IMG/VR virus record: IMGVR_UViG_3300009506_000047
Location: 1-50,832 of that record
Direction: 5' to 3' (one strand)
DNA from: a virus
Lineage: Duplodnaviria; Caudoviricetes
DNA length: 50,832 bases
Shown: in pieces, positions 27,723-38,429 of the stretch
Numbering within the stretch: position 1 is the stretch's first letter
Layout: each line of letters begins with the position of its first letter
Made by a program: the position numbers and the translations under genes
Notes under the pieces: model-generated
What the model was told of the DNA's origin: nothing
What the model saw: the letters and a program-made list of their open reading frames with translations, nothing else
The model's database searches: none

Positions 27723-28270
27723 AGTCCTAACTCCTGCGCCAGTGTCATTTTGCTTGCCTTATTGATTGTAACCTTCGCCACATCCGCTAAAGTTACAAAT
27801 CTATTAAAATCATTCACAGAAGAAATATCAAAAGATTTTTCCCGTAGAGTCTGATATGCCGAAACCAATTCAGGAGAAGGGGCATCATGATTGCTCACTG
27901 AATATTCCGATATATAGGTATACACATCAGGTTTTATGTTCGACTTGATATATTCTCCCTGCACCAAAATATCCTTCTCATGTTGGCTCAACCATGGCGC
28001 CAATGAAACATCTACATAATAAAGGCGTTCTGCGATTATTTCTTCTCCATCCATCCAGGGTATTACCAACTTATCAATCAAATCATCCACTTCCTCAGCA
28101 GACATTTCCGATACGTCAACAGGAATAGCAAAATACTGTTTATCGCCTTGAGTACCGAAAGTTGTGACATTTTGCTTGAATATCGTCACAATATCCGCAC
28201 TGTGAGTAAGTTTATGATACTTTGTATAAGTTTGTGGTTCATTTGTCCCTATTTTTACAGCAATAACCAT
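27719..28270 (-). CDS. Hypothetical protein, paralog of 27171-27722
   Basis: Same 183 aa length and shared motifs. Confidence 0.75.
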   Translation of the reverse strand: MVIAVKIGTNEPQTYTKYHKLTHSADIVTIFKQNVTTFGTQGDKQYFAIPVDVSEMSAEEVDDLIDKLVIPWMDGEEIIAERLYYVDVSLAPWLSQHEKDILVQGEYIKSNIKPDVYTYISEYSVSNHDAPSPELVSAYQTLREKSFDISSVNDFNRFVTLADVAKVTINKASKMTLAQELGL

Positions 28271-28284
28271 TTCGATTGACCCCC

Positions 28285-28701
28285 TTATTTTGTCCCGACC
28301 CTAATTGCAGGATTCACCGCCGGAATGTAAACACAAGCGCAATAGTCGCTTGGTTCACTCCACTCGCCATATATATCTTCAATTTTGCCCCTGATTCTTA
28401 CTTGGAAAACTCTTGCAACAAAATAACCTTGCTGTACCAAAGGAACATCTATCTCAAAAAAAACTTTCCGACTTTCGTCAATTTGAGATTCAAAAACTTG
28501 AACGCCAAACCTTGCATAAACTATAGGCTGTCCAACGATTCCAGCCACAATCTCTTGGCTTACGATAGGAATGTCAAGCCATTGCGGTTGAGAATTGGGG
28601 ACATAATCCGCAATTTGGCATTCATATACTGGCAAAATATCAAGAATATCTTGCGCCATCGCTGTCAACGGTATTAATAGGAAAAATAAAAGAACTATCA
28701 T
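28285..28701 (-). CDS. Secreted protein, possibly FN3/Ig-like
   Basis: Signal peptide ending AMA-Q; FQVRIRG...GEWSEPS. Confidence 0.6.
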   Translation of the reverse strand: MIVLLFFLLIPLTAMAQDILDILPVYECQIADYVPNSQPQWLDIPIVSQEIVAGIVGQPIVYARFGVQVFESQIDESRKVFFEIDVPLVQQGYFVARVFQVRIRGKIEDIYGEWSEPSDYCACVYIPAVNPAIRVGTK

Positions 28702-29048
28702 TTTATCTGTCCTTGAGCGAAAATCTGTACTGCTCCGGCTCCGCTTGCATCCACTGTCAAGGCGGTGGCGGCGGCAAGGATAATCGGCCTGGTAAACTGG
28801 AATATTGCCTGGCCGCCTGTCGTAGTAAATGTTATCGGCCCCAATATGACAGCGGTGACGGCTCCTGTAGTTTCCCCTGCTCCGATTGTAACTGTAATCG
28901 CTGAGGCACTATTAATATATATCTGTTCCAGATAAATGCTCTTTCCTGCTGTAGCCGCTACAAGCTCTTCGCAACCTGATAAATCGGAAGAAGTAGCGTT
29001 TACAGCAAACCCCAATCCACTGGTCAATGATGTTGCTGTTATTGCCAT
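28698..29048 (-). CDS. Putative virion decoration protein
   Basis: Ala/Thr-rich, 116 aa. Confidence 0.6.
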   Translation of the reverse strand: MAITATSLTSGLGFAVNATSSDLSGCEELVAATAGKSIYLEQIYINSASAITVTIGAGETTGAVTAVILGPITFTTTGGQAIFQFTRPIILAAATALTVDASGAGAVQIFAQGQIK

Positions 29049-29119
29049 ATTATCACCTTTTTAGAGGGGCCGGTAAAAGGGGGACAAATTAACTGTCATG
29101 GGCAAACCCGGCCCCATAA

Positions 29120-29563
29120 TTATTTTGCCTCATTTGGTAGCGATTCCTCTTCCTCAATTATCTCTATTGCAGAATCAAGAGATAACAACATAGAAACTGT
29201 CATCTCTTCCGGGAGTTCATTGACATTTATTGTGATTTTATCAAATTCTATAGCAATATCGGTGTTTCCCAGTTCTGATATTGCTATATTATATTCAAGT
29301 ATCTTTTCATCTGGAATTTTCACGCGATTATTGGCTTCCTTGATAGGATTGCCATCATTATCTTTCTCGCAAAATTCCAGAAGTATATCATCCCTATTTT
29401 TCAAATATGAGGCATATTCAACCTCGAACTTCTTGGAGAATCTATATGCCCAATATTTCAGCTTCCTGTTCCTGGCTGGATCAACTGATAAAGCATTCAG
29501 TTCCACCAATTTATTCAATGTCGAAAACATTGCCGGTAATTCTCTAGCCTTTAACGAAATCAT
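29120..29563 (-). CDS. Hypothetical protein (fibre chaperone / DUF1617-like)
   Basis: EFCEKDNDGNPI motif. Confidence 0.6.
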   Translation of the reverse strand: MISLKARELPAMFSTLNKLVELNALSVDPARNRKLKYWAYRFSKKFEVEYASYLKNRDDILLEFCEKDNDGNPIKEANNRVKIPDEKILEYNIAISELGNTDIAIEFDKITINVNELPEEMTVSMLLSLDSAIEIIEEEESLPNEAK

Positions 29564-29585
29564 TTTGTTCCCCTTTTATTTTCGT

Positions 29586-30677
29586 TTATGATGTTGCTGT
29601 GCAACAGGCAATCCAATATGCGGTTCCACCAACATCAATTTTTAGTCCTCTATTTGGCGTACCGCTGAATGTTGTCTCCCATTGCGTAGTATTCAATCCA
29701 ACAAACTCGAAAACAATATCCATATCATTTGTGTGTCCTGAACCGTCAACAATAAATCTATGAATAGACGCTTTTGTAGTTCCGCTCAATCCAGATGAGG
29801 CACCATCAAAATATACTTCGGATTGGCCACCGGCATAAGTTCCTGCTGATTGTTCCTGATTCGGCACGTGTAAAGTTGACCTAACACCAACACCTAAACC
29901 GGTAATACTTCCGGTAGTACCGAATGATAGTGATATATGCGCTCCATGAGCAGTTCCGGCAGCAACATTAGATATAGTTGTAAAGCTCCTCAGGGATTCG
30001 CCGCCACCACCTGCACCGGTAAGATATAGACGGTTATAAATTCCTCTATTATCCCCGGACGTTGCCCCATTATCAAAATACAATTTGATGAATGTCATAT
30101 CTGCCGTATCTTCGGTGACAGGGCTTCCTGACGTGCCGGCCTTTATAATGCCACCATCAGTATTGCCAGCTAATACGGTTGCGCTAGAGAAATCCAGGCG
30201 TGAATCGCCGGCAACAACTAATGAGCTTGCCGAAGCGTCAAAAGTAAAGTAATCCGCGCCATTAGCCGCATTTCCATAAATCTTCATATCGAATGATTTT
30301 TGTGTCGCGGCCGAATCTCCTATCTCCAACAATGTATCATCGGCGCTGCAAGTCCAGAGCCAGTTTGTACCATCCCATGTCATCTGGACATCGCCAGCTA
30401 AAGCAGCTCCGGTTCCAAAATTCAGATAATCACTATCTTTTAACTGTATATCCATTCCACTGGTAAACACACCGGCTAATCCAGCATCGAATTGAATATA
30501 ATTACTCCCAGAAAAAACTTTGAAATCGACATCCTGACCAGTATTTCCGATAATGACCGCCGATGTAGTTTGCGTCATTATATCGCCGGTAATATCTCTG
30601 CCAACTGCCGTTTCATAATAATATCTTTTACCCAGATCGGAAATGGTATCAATTGATATTGCATGTATATTTGCCAT
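29586..30677 (-). CDS. Putative head fibre / virion structural protein
   Basis: 363 aa, Gly/Thr-rich; GGAGG RBS. Confidence 0.65.
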   Translation of the reverse strand: MANIHAISIDTISDLGKRYYYETAVGRDITGDIMTQTTSAVIIGNTGQDVDFKVFSGSNYIQFDAGLAGVFTSGMDIQLKDSDYLNFGTGAALAGDVQMTWDGTNWLWTCSADDTLLEIGDSAATQKSFDMKIYGNAANGADYFTFDASASSLVVAGDSRLDFSSATVLAGNTDGGIIKAGTSGSPVTEDTADMTFIKLYFDNGATSGDNRGIYNRLYLTGAGGGGESLRSFTTISNVAAGTAHGAHISLSFGTTGSITGLGVGVRSTLHVPNQEQSAGTYAGGQSEVYFDGASSGLSGTTKASIHRFIVDGSGHTNDMDIVFEFVGLNTTQWETTFSGTPNRGLKIDVGGTAYWIACCTATS

Positions 30678-30745
30678 TGCTAACCTCCACTTGCGCCTAT
30701 ATCCTTACAAAACACGCTCAAGATAACTTGATACCATGCAGAAGG

Positions 30746-30916
30746 TTATTTATTTGCATAATTTGTCATCATTTTGTTATGATATTTTTTAATCTGCTTT
30801 GGGATATACTTTTCGGCAATTTCCTGCCTCAGTAAATCCAGGGCATCCAAAGTGGAAGTTTCTACAATGTCCCCCTGTTTCCAACCCTCATAGTCTTGTA
30901 AAAACTTTATCCTCAT
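30746..30916 (-). CDS. Small protein resembling the ribosomal L9 N-terminal domain (56 aa)
   Basis: Hand-translated MRIKFLQDYEGWKQGDIVET... Confidence 0.65.
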   Translation of the reverse strand: MRIKFLQDYEGWKQGDIVETSTLDALDLLRQEIAEKYIPKQIKKYHNKMMTNYANK

Positions 30917-31086
30917 TTGGATTCCTTATCAGTGATCCACCTGGCCACTTTGCGATCAACTAAATCCTGAGCGGTTGCCGGGAACATTCCCAGAAAACCG
31001 CCCACCGGTTTAATGTCGCCTTTTTTGCCCCAGAAGTTATCCTCAAGGAGCTTGATTTTTTTGTCTATTTCTAAAACGTTTTGCAT
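30913..31086 (-). CDS. Small hypothetical protein (57 aa)
   Basis: Hand-translated; ..IKLLEDNFWAKKGDI.. resembles its neighbour; GGGGGA RBS. Confidence 0.6.
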   Translation of the reverse strand: MQNVLEIDKKIKLLEDNFWGKKGDIKPVGGFLGMFPATAQDLVDRKVARWITDKESK

Positions 31087-31106
31087 ATTATCCCCCTTTA
31101 ATTCGC

Positions 31107-31514
31107 TTAGTTCGGATTTATGCTTCCATGAATATACGCAGGCACATAGGCAAGAAGGGCAGTGATATTATCTCCATTTTGATTTGTAGTTATATCAACT
31201 CCCACAAAATACTTGTCATTATCTAAATCCAAATCTGTGATCTCAAAGTTAATGCAACCCACAGAAGTGCTGGCACCGGTCAGGGTCAATGTTTTGCCTG
31301 AAACATCAGCCTTTCCAGTTCCAGAGGCATCGGAAGCACAAGTCAATTGACATACTGCTGTTTTTGCTGAGGTTAATTTTGCCTGGACTATAACAGTTCC
31401 ATATCTTTGTCCAAGCATGGTCACATATACATCAGAGCTTGTCTCCGCAGCGGTGGCTACATCATCAGGATATGTCAACGACTGGAATTTGATTCTCTCA
31501 CCTATAACTATCAT
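31107..31514 (-). CDS. Putative capsid decoration protein
   Basis: Directly after the major capsid gene. Confidence 0.65.
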   Translation of the reverse strand: MIVIGERIKFQSLTYPDDVATAAETSSDVYVTMLGQRYGTVIVQAKLTSAKTAVCQLTCASDASGTGKADVSGKTLTLTGASTSVGCINFEITDLDLDNDKYFVGVDITTNQNGDNITALLAYVPAYIHGSINPN

Positions 31515-31534
31515 TTTACATTACTCCTTATATA

Positions 31535-31562
31535 TACTCATGGGCAATAATGCCCATGAGTA
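31535..31562. terminator. Perfect 12-bp hairpin after the capsid gene
   Basis: TACTCATGGGCA-ATAA-TGCCCATGAGTA; weak U tract. Confidence 0.55.
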
Positions 31563-31574
31563 GAATTTAATAAA

Positions 31575-32846
31575 TTATGAACGTGTCGCCAATCTGACAA
31601 CAGGGCTTAATGTATCGCCATATCTTGGTGTCATCGCTGTGCGCCATGCAAATTGAGCATCCCATTCAAATATGAACCTGAATGAGGTTTGGGCAGTATC
31701 AAAATGGAAATGAATACTGGTATCCATCTTCGCCGATTGTCCCTGTCCCTGAGGAACTAAGACAACATTTTCACCCCAATCAATATACATGATGTCGCCA
31801 ATAGTACCCAACGCCTGGCAAAATCTAGTTTCAATTCTTGGCCCGGTTCCCATTGCTTCATCAAGAGTAATTCTATCTCCACCGCCTCCTATAAGCATTG
31901 ATAGCTGCCTGAGTTGTGGAATGACCGTCTGATTATACATCCATATCGCATTTGTTCTACGGTGCATCCTGGCATCCATCTTTATAATATTATAATAGTT
32001 GACAGTAGCAGCTTGCTGATTTGTTTCAGCAGATACCGAAATACCGCAAGGTGCAGTTACGGCTCCTATGGGATGGGCTTCGCCTGTTCCATTGATTAGC
32101 AAATCTTCTATACGATACGCAAGGGCATTGCCCATTATTCGTTCAACGAATGGGCCAACAGACATGGGGCTATGTTGCATCATAGGATATGAAACATGAG
32201 TCATGGCTGATTGGGCTTTCAATTCCCATTTCATCTGCTCAAAAACTGGACGAGTGTCAGTAGCAGTTCCATTCTCTCCGATGTCCTCAAAATATACGCC
32301 ACCATAATATTGACCAGAGCTTTCGCTATATCCACCCATCGCCGGAATTACCAGAGTATTGCCCCCGGAAATAGGTATGATAGTACAACGGTTTATAACT
32401 TCCGTTATACTGCCAACACGATCCCATACTTCGGTTCTGAATTGTTCTGGCATAAGATTACCGCCATATTGCGGCGTCCCTTCTACCAGTCCAGTTCCTG
32501 CCGTTTTGGATTGCGCTTCGGATATTTTTATAAGCTTTTCATATCTTGGTGTCACTACGCTATTTCTTGCTCGCTGAACTTCATCATTTAGCACTTCCCC
32601 AAGATTCTTATATCCACATGATGGATCATCACCCTTTTCGTCATCTACGGCGCCAAGGGGTTTAGGATTTGCCGGCGTTTCTAATGCCTTGAGCGATTCC
32701 TCAAGATTTGCCATCTTTTCCTCAAGTACAGTGACTTTGGCTCCATATCCATCCGCTTTTTCTTTGATTATTGCTTCCAATTCGGTCTTGAGATTAGCCA
32801 CTCCCTCAGTTATTCGCTTTAGAATTTCTTCCTGTTCTGGTGTCAT
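31575..32846 (-). CDS. Major capsid protein, HK97 family
   Basis: N-terminal coiled-coil delta domain; GGNLMPEQF; LINGTG..HPIG. Confidence 0.93.
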   Translation of the reverse strand: MTPEQEEILKRITEGVANLKTELEAIIKEKADGYGAKVTVLEEKMANLEESLKALETPANPKPLGAVDDEKGDDPSCGYKNLGEVLNDEVQRARNSVVTPRYEKLIKISEAQSKTAGTGLVEGTPQYGGNLMPEQFRTEVWDRVGSITEVINRCTIIPISGGNTLVIPAMGGYSESSGQYYGGVYFEDIGENGTATDTRPVFEQMKWELKAQSAMTHVSYPMMQHSPMSVGPFVERIMGNALAYRIEDLLINGTGEAHPIGAVTAPCGISVSAETNQQAATVNYYNIIKMDARMHRRTNAIWMYNQTVIPQLRQLSMLIGGGGDRITLDEAMGTGPRIETRFCQALGTIGDIMYIDWGENVVLVPQGQGQSAKMDTSIHFHFDTAQTSFRFIFEWDAQFAWRTAMTPRYGDTLSPVVRLATRS

Positions 32847-32936
32847 TGCTGTGATCTCCTACTTAATTTTGTATGTCCTCTCATTTCCAGCCTAACACCT
32901 CTAAAGTATCTCCAGCTTGATTGGACATTTTGTTTG

Positions 32937-34247
32937 TTATTTACCGAAAACAGACCTCCTGCTTTCAGCAAACAGGTCTAAAATGTCTCCCTTTTCCTTT
33001 TGTCCAAAAGCCCTCGCGATGGCTTCCGGTGTCAAAACTTTCTCTATTTCCTCATCCTCTTCAATATATCTCTGCGCTTCCAATTCTGATAAACGCTTCC
33101 TAAGCTGTCCTAATTCTTTGTCTATCCGGGTAATATCATCTATAGATGCTGTAATAATCGCGATATCATCCAATTCTCTGAATTCTGGCGGTTCTTTGTC
33201 GAAGGCCTGATAATGGCGTTTAAGGTGATTATATACACCTCGTCTATCTGATGCTGGAATGTCAACTCCGCCCCTAGCCCCTAATAATGCGCCCATAGCA
33301 GAGCTAACACCATTCCATACTGCCTTTAGACCTTCCGAATGATGATGCGGAAGTTTATAACTTGATTTCACATCTGGATTTTCTGAATCATACCACGTGC
33401 AAATCTTTTTTAGTGTTGCTGTATCTGATTTGGCTATTTCAGCAGGGCCGTCCCATGAATCGCCTTCCGGGGCTTTACCGTAGTCATGATATGGGATTAC
33501 TGATTTTATTTCAGGCTCTTTGATGGTATATGATTCTCTTTCTGTTTCCTCCATCATACCTTTACTAATCATAAGCTGGACAGCATCCTGATTAGCGGGT
33601 ATTTTTACATCTGAATATTCCAATAATTTCCATTTTACATAGAACCGTTTTGGTTCAGGAATGCCCGCTATATCTTCCCCTGTCTCTGCTGCTAAACGTC
33701 TTTTCCATGCCAGCAAGGTATCTTTCCATTCATCCTCATCCCTATCCCGCAGCGTTTTGATAGGAATAAACCCTATTGAATATCCAAGCGGCCATTTTGC
33801 CTTTCGATATTGAAATATCTTCTCCCCGAATTCATTGATTTCTTTTGGAGCATATTCGGTTGCCGCCCTAATTTCTACTGGCTTCTTTCCCGGATATTGC
33901 TTTAGCCATTGATTTCGGGCATGGGGCAATTCGTAAGTTGTCCCACTAAATAGGCCGCCACCATAATCATGTGAAAACAAAACGACCGCATTTTTACGAT
34001 AATCGCTATCATCCATACCCTGTGGAAGTACGACATCACCGTCCCGATCTATGGAATGGCTTGATATTCTACCAATTATAACTCTGGTAGCGTCCTGCAC
34101 TTCAATTACTTCCGCTGCATCGGATTTTCGTATAAAATCTGCATCGTCATCAAATTCTTTCGCGAGCATTTCCCCATAATCCGGGAAAGCTTTGATTATG
34201 GCATCTTTTATCTCACCAAATTTTAATTCTTGCGTTGCAATGTTCAT
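32937..34247 (-). CDS. HK97-type prohead protease with extra C-terminal domain
   Basis: IDRDGDVV..G; VVLFSHDY; YSIGFIP; LLEYSDVKIPAN. Confidence 0.9.
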   Translation of the reverse strand: MNIATQELKFGEIKDAIIKAFPDYGEMLAKEFDDDADFIRKSDAAEVIEVQDATRVIIGRISSHSIDRDGDVVLPQGMDDSDYRKNAVVLFSHDYGGGLFSGTTYELPHARNQWLKQYPGKKPVEIRAATEYAPKEINEFGEKIFQYRKAKWPLGYSIGFIPIKTLRDRDEDEWKDTLLAWKRRLAAETGEDIAGIPEPKRFYVKWKLLEYSDVKIPANQDAVQLMISKGMMEETERESYTIKEPEIKSVIPYHDYGKAPEGDSWDGPAEIAKSDTATLKKICTWYDSENPDVKSSYKLPHHHSEGLKAVWNGVSSAMGALLGARGGVDIPASDRRGVYNHLKRHYQAFDKEPPEFRELDDIAIITASIDDITRIDKELGQLRKRLSELEAQRYIEEDEEIEKVLTPEAIARAFGQKEKGDILDLFAESRRSVFGK

Positions 34248-34424
34248 TTTTCCAACCTCTAAAAAGCCCTCCGGTCAGACGGTATAATTTTCTCTCTTGA
34301 CCGGGGGGCTTTCTATTCAATTGTTGTGCCGGGTCTCATACCTGGCTTCGGCAGGTTCTTTAGACCTTACCGCATATTTTTAGATATTGACTTGAATAAA
34401 TCCCATCCTATTTTATTGCTCGTT

Positions 34425-35255
34425 TCATTCTTCCTCGACTACAGGATAAATAGAACATCTGCATGAAATAATTTCTTCCGGTGGTCCATCGGGATCGCCC
34501 GGATATTTTAAGTTATTACTGAATCTTGCTTCCAGCGGTACTTCTTGACCATCCAATGCTCTATGAGAATCTCTTACTTTACTGTCATGAGAGGACAACC
34601 AACCTTTTCTTATCACCACTCCCGACTGACGATAGCCCTCAAATGAGCCATAATTATAAGCTCCACCTGTTTCCGTTCGGGCTATCATATCAGCCCGCCA
34701 TGTGCGGGCTTCATCAAATACTTGTTTAACTCTCCCCCTGAGCTCTGGTATTGATTCACCGTCAATCGTTCCCTGTCGTAGTTCCTGCCGTAGCCTATCC
34801 AATGTTGTCTGATTAACTTCCTGAGCAAACTTAAATTTTTTCTTGTCAATGAATTCCTGAACGCGTGGATTGCTAACATTGAATGAGATACCAACAATAA
34901 CAGAATTAAGTCCTCTTTGCCCGGCATCGCCAATTATTCCGGGGAGCATTAACTGACCAAATTCTTCAAATATTAAATTCCATTTTGCACTATCAAAAAG
35001 CAAATCATCCACAGCTTTATGAATGACTGTCCAATGTACGCCCTTGAGATTATCAGGATAAAAAGGTAGCAAGAAATAATCTATATTGGCATTGACTTCT
35101 TTCTCCTGGTCATTAAATCGTGTCTCAAGCCCCTTTTTCCATTTCGGCGTATATGATGCCATGTGTCTATCGGCTTCCCGCCATCGCTCCAAACGAGAAA
35201 GCTTGATGATTTCTTGGGCTAGATATGTGACTTCATAATTCGTTAGAATTGGCAT
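34425..35255 (-). CDS. Minor head protein, MuF/SPP1 gp7 family
   Basis: RADMIARTE; VRDSHRALDG; CRC. Confidence 0.92.
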   Translation of the reverse strand: MPILTNYEVTYLAQEIIKLSRLERWREADRHMASYTPKWKKGLETRFNDQEKEVNANIDYFLLPFYPDNLKGVHWTVIHKAVDDLLFDSAKWNLIFEEFGQLMLPGIIGDAGQRGLNSVIVGISFNVSNPRVQEFIDKKKFKFAQEVNQTTLDRLRQELRQGTIDGESIPELRGRVKQVFDEARTWRADMIARTETGGAYNYGSFEGYRQSGVVIRKGWLSSHDSKVRDSHRALDGQEVPLEARFSNNLKYPGDPDGPPEEIISCRCSIYPVVEEE

Positions 35256-35328
35256 AATTCATATCGTTATAATTGTTGGTCTAACTCATTGCTTAATTGT
35301 ATTATTTCCTTATCTGTCAATATTCCCA

Positions 35329-36768
35329 TCACTTACTTAGCATCCTTTGGGTTATATTTTTAATATTTTGGTCGGCATCCGATAATAGTTCCTTTTTTCT
35401 CTCCATTATCTCATCAATCATCATTTGCGCGGTTGGATTAGGTCTAGCTGTTCCAAGTGGCATTCGGTTCCCGTCTGCCATCAATTCATCAGCATATGGA
35501 TTAATCGATGGGTCAATATTTTGTTCTTCTCGTGCTTCATTTACACTTGTAATACCATATTGCATATTGACACGCCGCTTATTTAATGCCATGGTTTCAT
35601 CTTCTGGCACTATATTCTTGACTGCGAAAAAGTAACCCTCAGTGTTCTCAAATAACGGCAATAGGGATTGAGTCAATTCAGATGCGATACGATTCATAAC
35701 CCTGGGGGCAACTGTATCACGCATAAATTGCATATCCTGTCTATCAGCTACAGCCCTATTGGACACATCGTCAAGCTTGCTCACAGGAACCCCATGGGCA
35801 TTAGCGATTGATTTTTTCGCCAATTGCCATGTCGTTTCAATCTGTAATTCATCAGGCGACCATCCAAGTTTAGTTATCTCTATTTCGCCCTGCCCAAATG
35901 CTGTTTTTCCTCTTGACTTGATTTGATTATATAGGTCGCTCCATCCCTTTTTGAATGTCTCAAACTGCGTTGGATTCATCTGAGCATTTTTGAGGTTTAC
36001 AAACATCGGAGGAATGCCTATATTTTCCATTGTGGTATTCATCATACCAACCACCGCCCTTTGAACATTCGCCCACCCTGAGCAGGAATATGTATTTCCG
36101 CATCCTAGTTTAGTGGACCAGGGCCCCATGTCCCAAAAATGGATGATTTCTTTCGCTGGATATTTTATCTCATTGCCTTTATCATCTTTTTTATTTGTAA
36201 CATATAAGGTGGGTTTTCCCATATCGTCAAGCTCTATATCCTTGATAACATTTGGCATAATCACTCTAATATATGCCGGTTTCTGAGTTTTTTCATTTGG
36301 AGTAAGATGCCAGTAATGATCTCCTGTAAGTTCTATATGAGTAGTTATCATTGTCATAGCATTGCCAATCGTCATGCCAGCATCAATTTCATCAAATAAC
36401 CTTAATGCGGGACTTGATATAACTTCTTCTATTTCGATAGCTTTTGCTATGCGCCGAATATGTGGAAAGCTATCAAGCCATTCACGATAATCTTTGTCTA
36501 TCGTTTTGGAGCGCATCCCATTATTTTTCTTTTCTCTGAAAAGTTGTAATTCAAGGTTGGATACTGGCCCGGCAATTGACTGAATGGCATCATGGACAGA
36601 ATGGAAATATAAATCCAGCAGCTTTGATTTTTCATTCCATTTGACTTCACCTGACTGCATTGTAGCATAAATCAATTGAAGCCAGCCTTCCCATGAAGTA
36701 TGACTTGGAATATCTGGCGACTTAGTTATAAAAAATCTACCAATTTTATTGAGTATGCCTTCATTCAT
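35329..36768 (-). CDS. Portal protein
   Basis: EIIHF; IANAHGVP; ITSVNEARE; synteny. Confidence 0.92.
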   Translation of the reverse strand: MNEGILNKIGRFFITKSPDIPSHTSWEGWLQLIYATMQSGEVKWNEKSKLLDLYFHSVHDAIQSIAGPVSNLELQLFREKKNNGMRSKTIDKDYREWLDSFPHIRRIAKAIEIEEVISSPALRLFDEIDAGMTIGNAMTMITTHIELTGDHYWHLTPNEKTQKPAYIRVIMPNVIKDIELDDMGKPTLYVTNKKDDKGNEIKYPAKEIIHFWDMGPWSTKLGCGNTYSCSGWANVQRAVVGMMNTTMENIGIPPMFVNLKNAQMNPTQFETFKKGWSDLYNQIKSRGKTAFGQGEIEITKLGWSPDELQIETTWQLAKKSIANAHGVPVSKLDDVSNRAVADRQDMQFMRDTVAPRVMNRIASELTQSLLPLFENTEGYFFAVKNIVPEDETMALNKRRVNMQYGITSVNEAREEQNIDPSINPYADELMADGNRMPLGTARPNPTAQMMIDEIMERKKELLSDADQNIKNITQRMLSK

Positions 36769-36804
36769 TTATATCACCGGTAAATAAAATTTATGGCTAA
36801 TATT

Positions 36805-36832
36805 ATTATACTTAATTGACAGGATTTGTCAA
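36805..36832 (-). promoter_or_regulatory. Promoter TTGACA-16-TATAAT ahead of the portal gene, with the palindrome TTGACA-N5-TGTCAA
   Basis: Read directly. Confidence 0.65.
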
Positions 36833-36840
36833 GATATTTA

Positions 36841-38046
36841 TTATAATACCCCCAATATTGATGGTATGTTAGCTCCCGAATGTGTAAATAATCCATAGCG
36901 CGTTGCGTCACAACCATCATCATTAAATTTGACAGGCACTTCTCTGTCAAGTATATTTCCATCTCTATCTGTTTTCCATTTATAGCCTTTAATACTTTTC
37001 TGTGTTTTAACGCTATTTTCATGAATATGTAATTTATATGCCATCACAGCCCGGATTCCTTCGATAACACTTCCCTGCCCTTTATTAGCTGGCAATATCA
37101 AATATCCAGATTGTTTTATCTCTTCTATTGCTGCTGGCTGCGCTGAATCACCATAAATCAAATATTCTCTCAATCGCGGCTCTTTGTCCATTTCTATAAT
37201 AAGCATAGGCGTTGTTAGATGCTGCTCATATATCACTTCCCTGACATAGACATCCATTTCCCTGATTCCCAATTCAATCAACGCTGTATAATGCTGAAAA
37301 CCAAAATCCAACCCGTAGATAATCTCGTCAAAGTTTTGCGGCCAGTCTTCATCTTTGATAATATCCCAATTGTTGTATATAAGCCCGGTTGGTGTTGCCC
37401 ATATACCCTTGCTATAAATAAGAAAATAGGCATAATCTTGCTCTTCAAGTCCTTCGATTGTTTTGATATATTCCGGGGTATTGAATGGATTATCTTTGTA
37501 TGTGGAATGATGGACTGCTGTGTCATCAGGCGGGTTCTCAGTTATCCCCTTGAAAAAGCTATTTTCATCGTCAGGATTGAAAGTAAAGAATAACTGATTA
37601 ATGCCATAAGGGTTATCGCCTCGGCATCTCAAATCAAGCTGTAAATAATCATGATATGAGATTTGTGTTGCTTCTTCGCACCAAATATAATTGATCCGCT
37701 CTATGGATTTTAGTTTATTGACATCATCTAATGGAACAAACAGCATCTTTGCGCCATTTGGAAATGTCAATGTTAATGATGATAGATTGGTTTGGTAGGG
37801 TAGTTCGAGGGAATCCAGTAAATCAAGCATCAGTTGCCAGCAAGAATCACGTAACGCCGGCCTGGTGGTTCTGGTAATTAAAAAGCGGCTATTTGGTTCT
37901 TGAAAGGCTTTATTAAGTAAGAGAAATATGGCGACTTCCCATGACTTACCTGAGCCAGCCCCGCCATAGATTAAATTCTTTCTTGCTTGAGTTTTAAGCA
38001 AGAATTTACCTATTTTCTTATTCCTCTTGATCCGTTTCGTCAACAT
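36841..38046 (-). CDS. terL: Terminase large subunit (PBSX-like)
   Basis: Walker A GGAGSGKS; Walker B IWCEEA; TFNP; GLDFG; DDGCDATRY. Confidence 0.96.
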   Translation of the reverse strand: MLTKRIKRNKKIGKFLLKTQARKNLIYGGAGSGKSWEVAIFLLLNKAFQEPNSRFLITRTTRPALRDSCWQLMLDLLDSLELPYQTNLSSLTLTFPNGAKMLFVPLDDVNKLKSIERINYIWCEEATQISYHDYLQLDLRCRGDNPYGINQLFFTFNPDDENSFFKGITENPPDDTAVHHSTYKDNPFNTPEYIKTIEGLEEQDYAYFLIYSKGIWATPTGLIYNNWDIIKDEDWPQNFDEIIYGLDFGFQHYTALIELGIREMDVYVREVIYEQHLTTPMLIIEMDKEPRLREYLIYGDSAQPAAIEEIKQSGYLILPANKGQGSVIEGIRAVMAYKLHIHENSVKTQKSIKGYKWKTDRDGNILDREVPVKFNDDGCDATRYGLFTHSGANIPSILGVL

Positions 38047-38428
38047 ATTCGCTTATTATCGTAATCCCGCCGCTATGCTTCATATCAATTTGCTCTTTAG
38101 GCTTCATTCCTGACCTGTCAAGCGTGTCCTTTACGGCATCAAGCTTTACCCTATCATCATTCGTAGCTTGTCTGATAAGTCCTTGTAATTGCACAATGGC
38201 ATCAGACCTTATTCTATCCAGCCTGAGCCTATCTATGGCTTCCTGTTCATCCATACGGCGTTTGATTTCTGCCTGTACCTTAACATTCCTAAACAGCCGG
38301 CTTGCGGCACTCCACCCAGATGCGTCAGTATTGGCCGTATATCCAGCATCCCGGTATGCACCTACTAAGGTCTTACCGGATAGCACACCCTCGATAAATA
38401 ATCTCTGTTGTTGAGATAAATCAGCCAT
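38018..38428 (-). CDS. terS: Terminase small subunit
   Basis: QQRLF...AYRDAGY...ASRLFRNVKVQAEI; likely start MADLS. Confidence 0.9.
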   Translation of the reverse strand: MADLSQQQRLFIEGVLSGKTLVGAYRDAGYTANTDASGWSAASRLFRNVKVQAEIKRRMDEQEAIDRLRLDRIRSDAIVQLQGLIRQATNDDRVKLDAVKDTLDRSGMKPKEQIDMKHSGGITIISEYVDETDQEE

Positions 38429-38429
38429 C

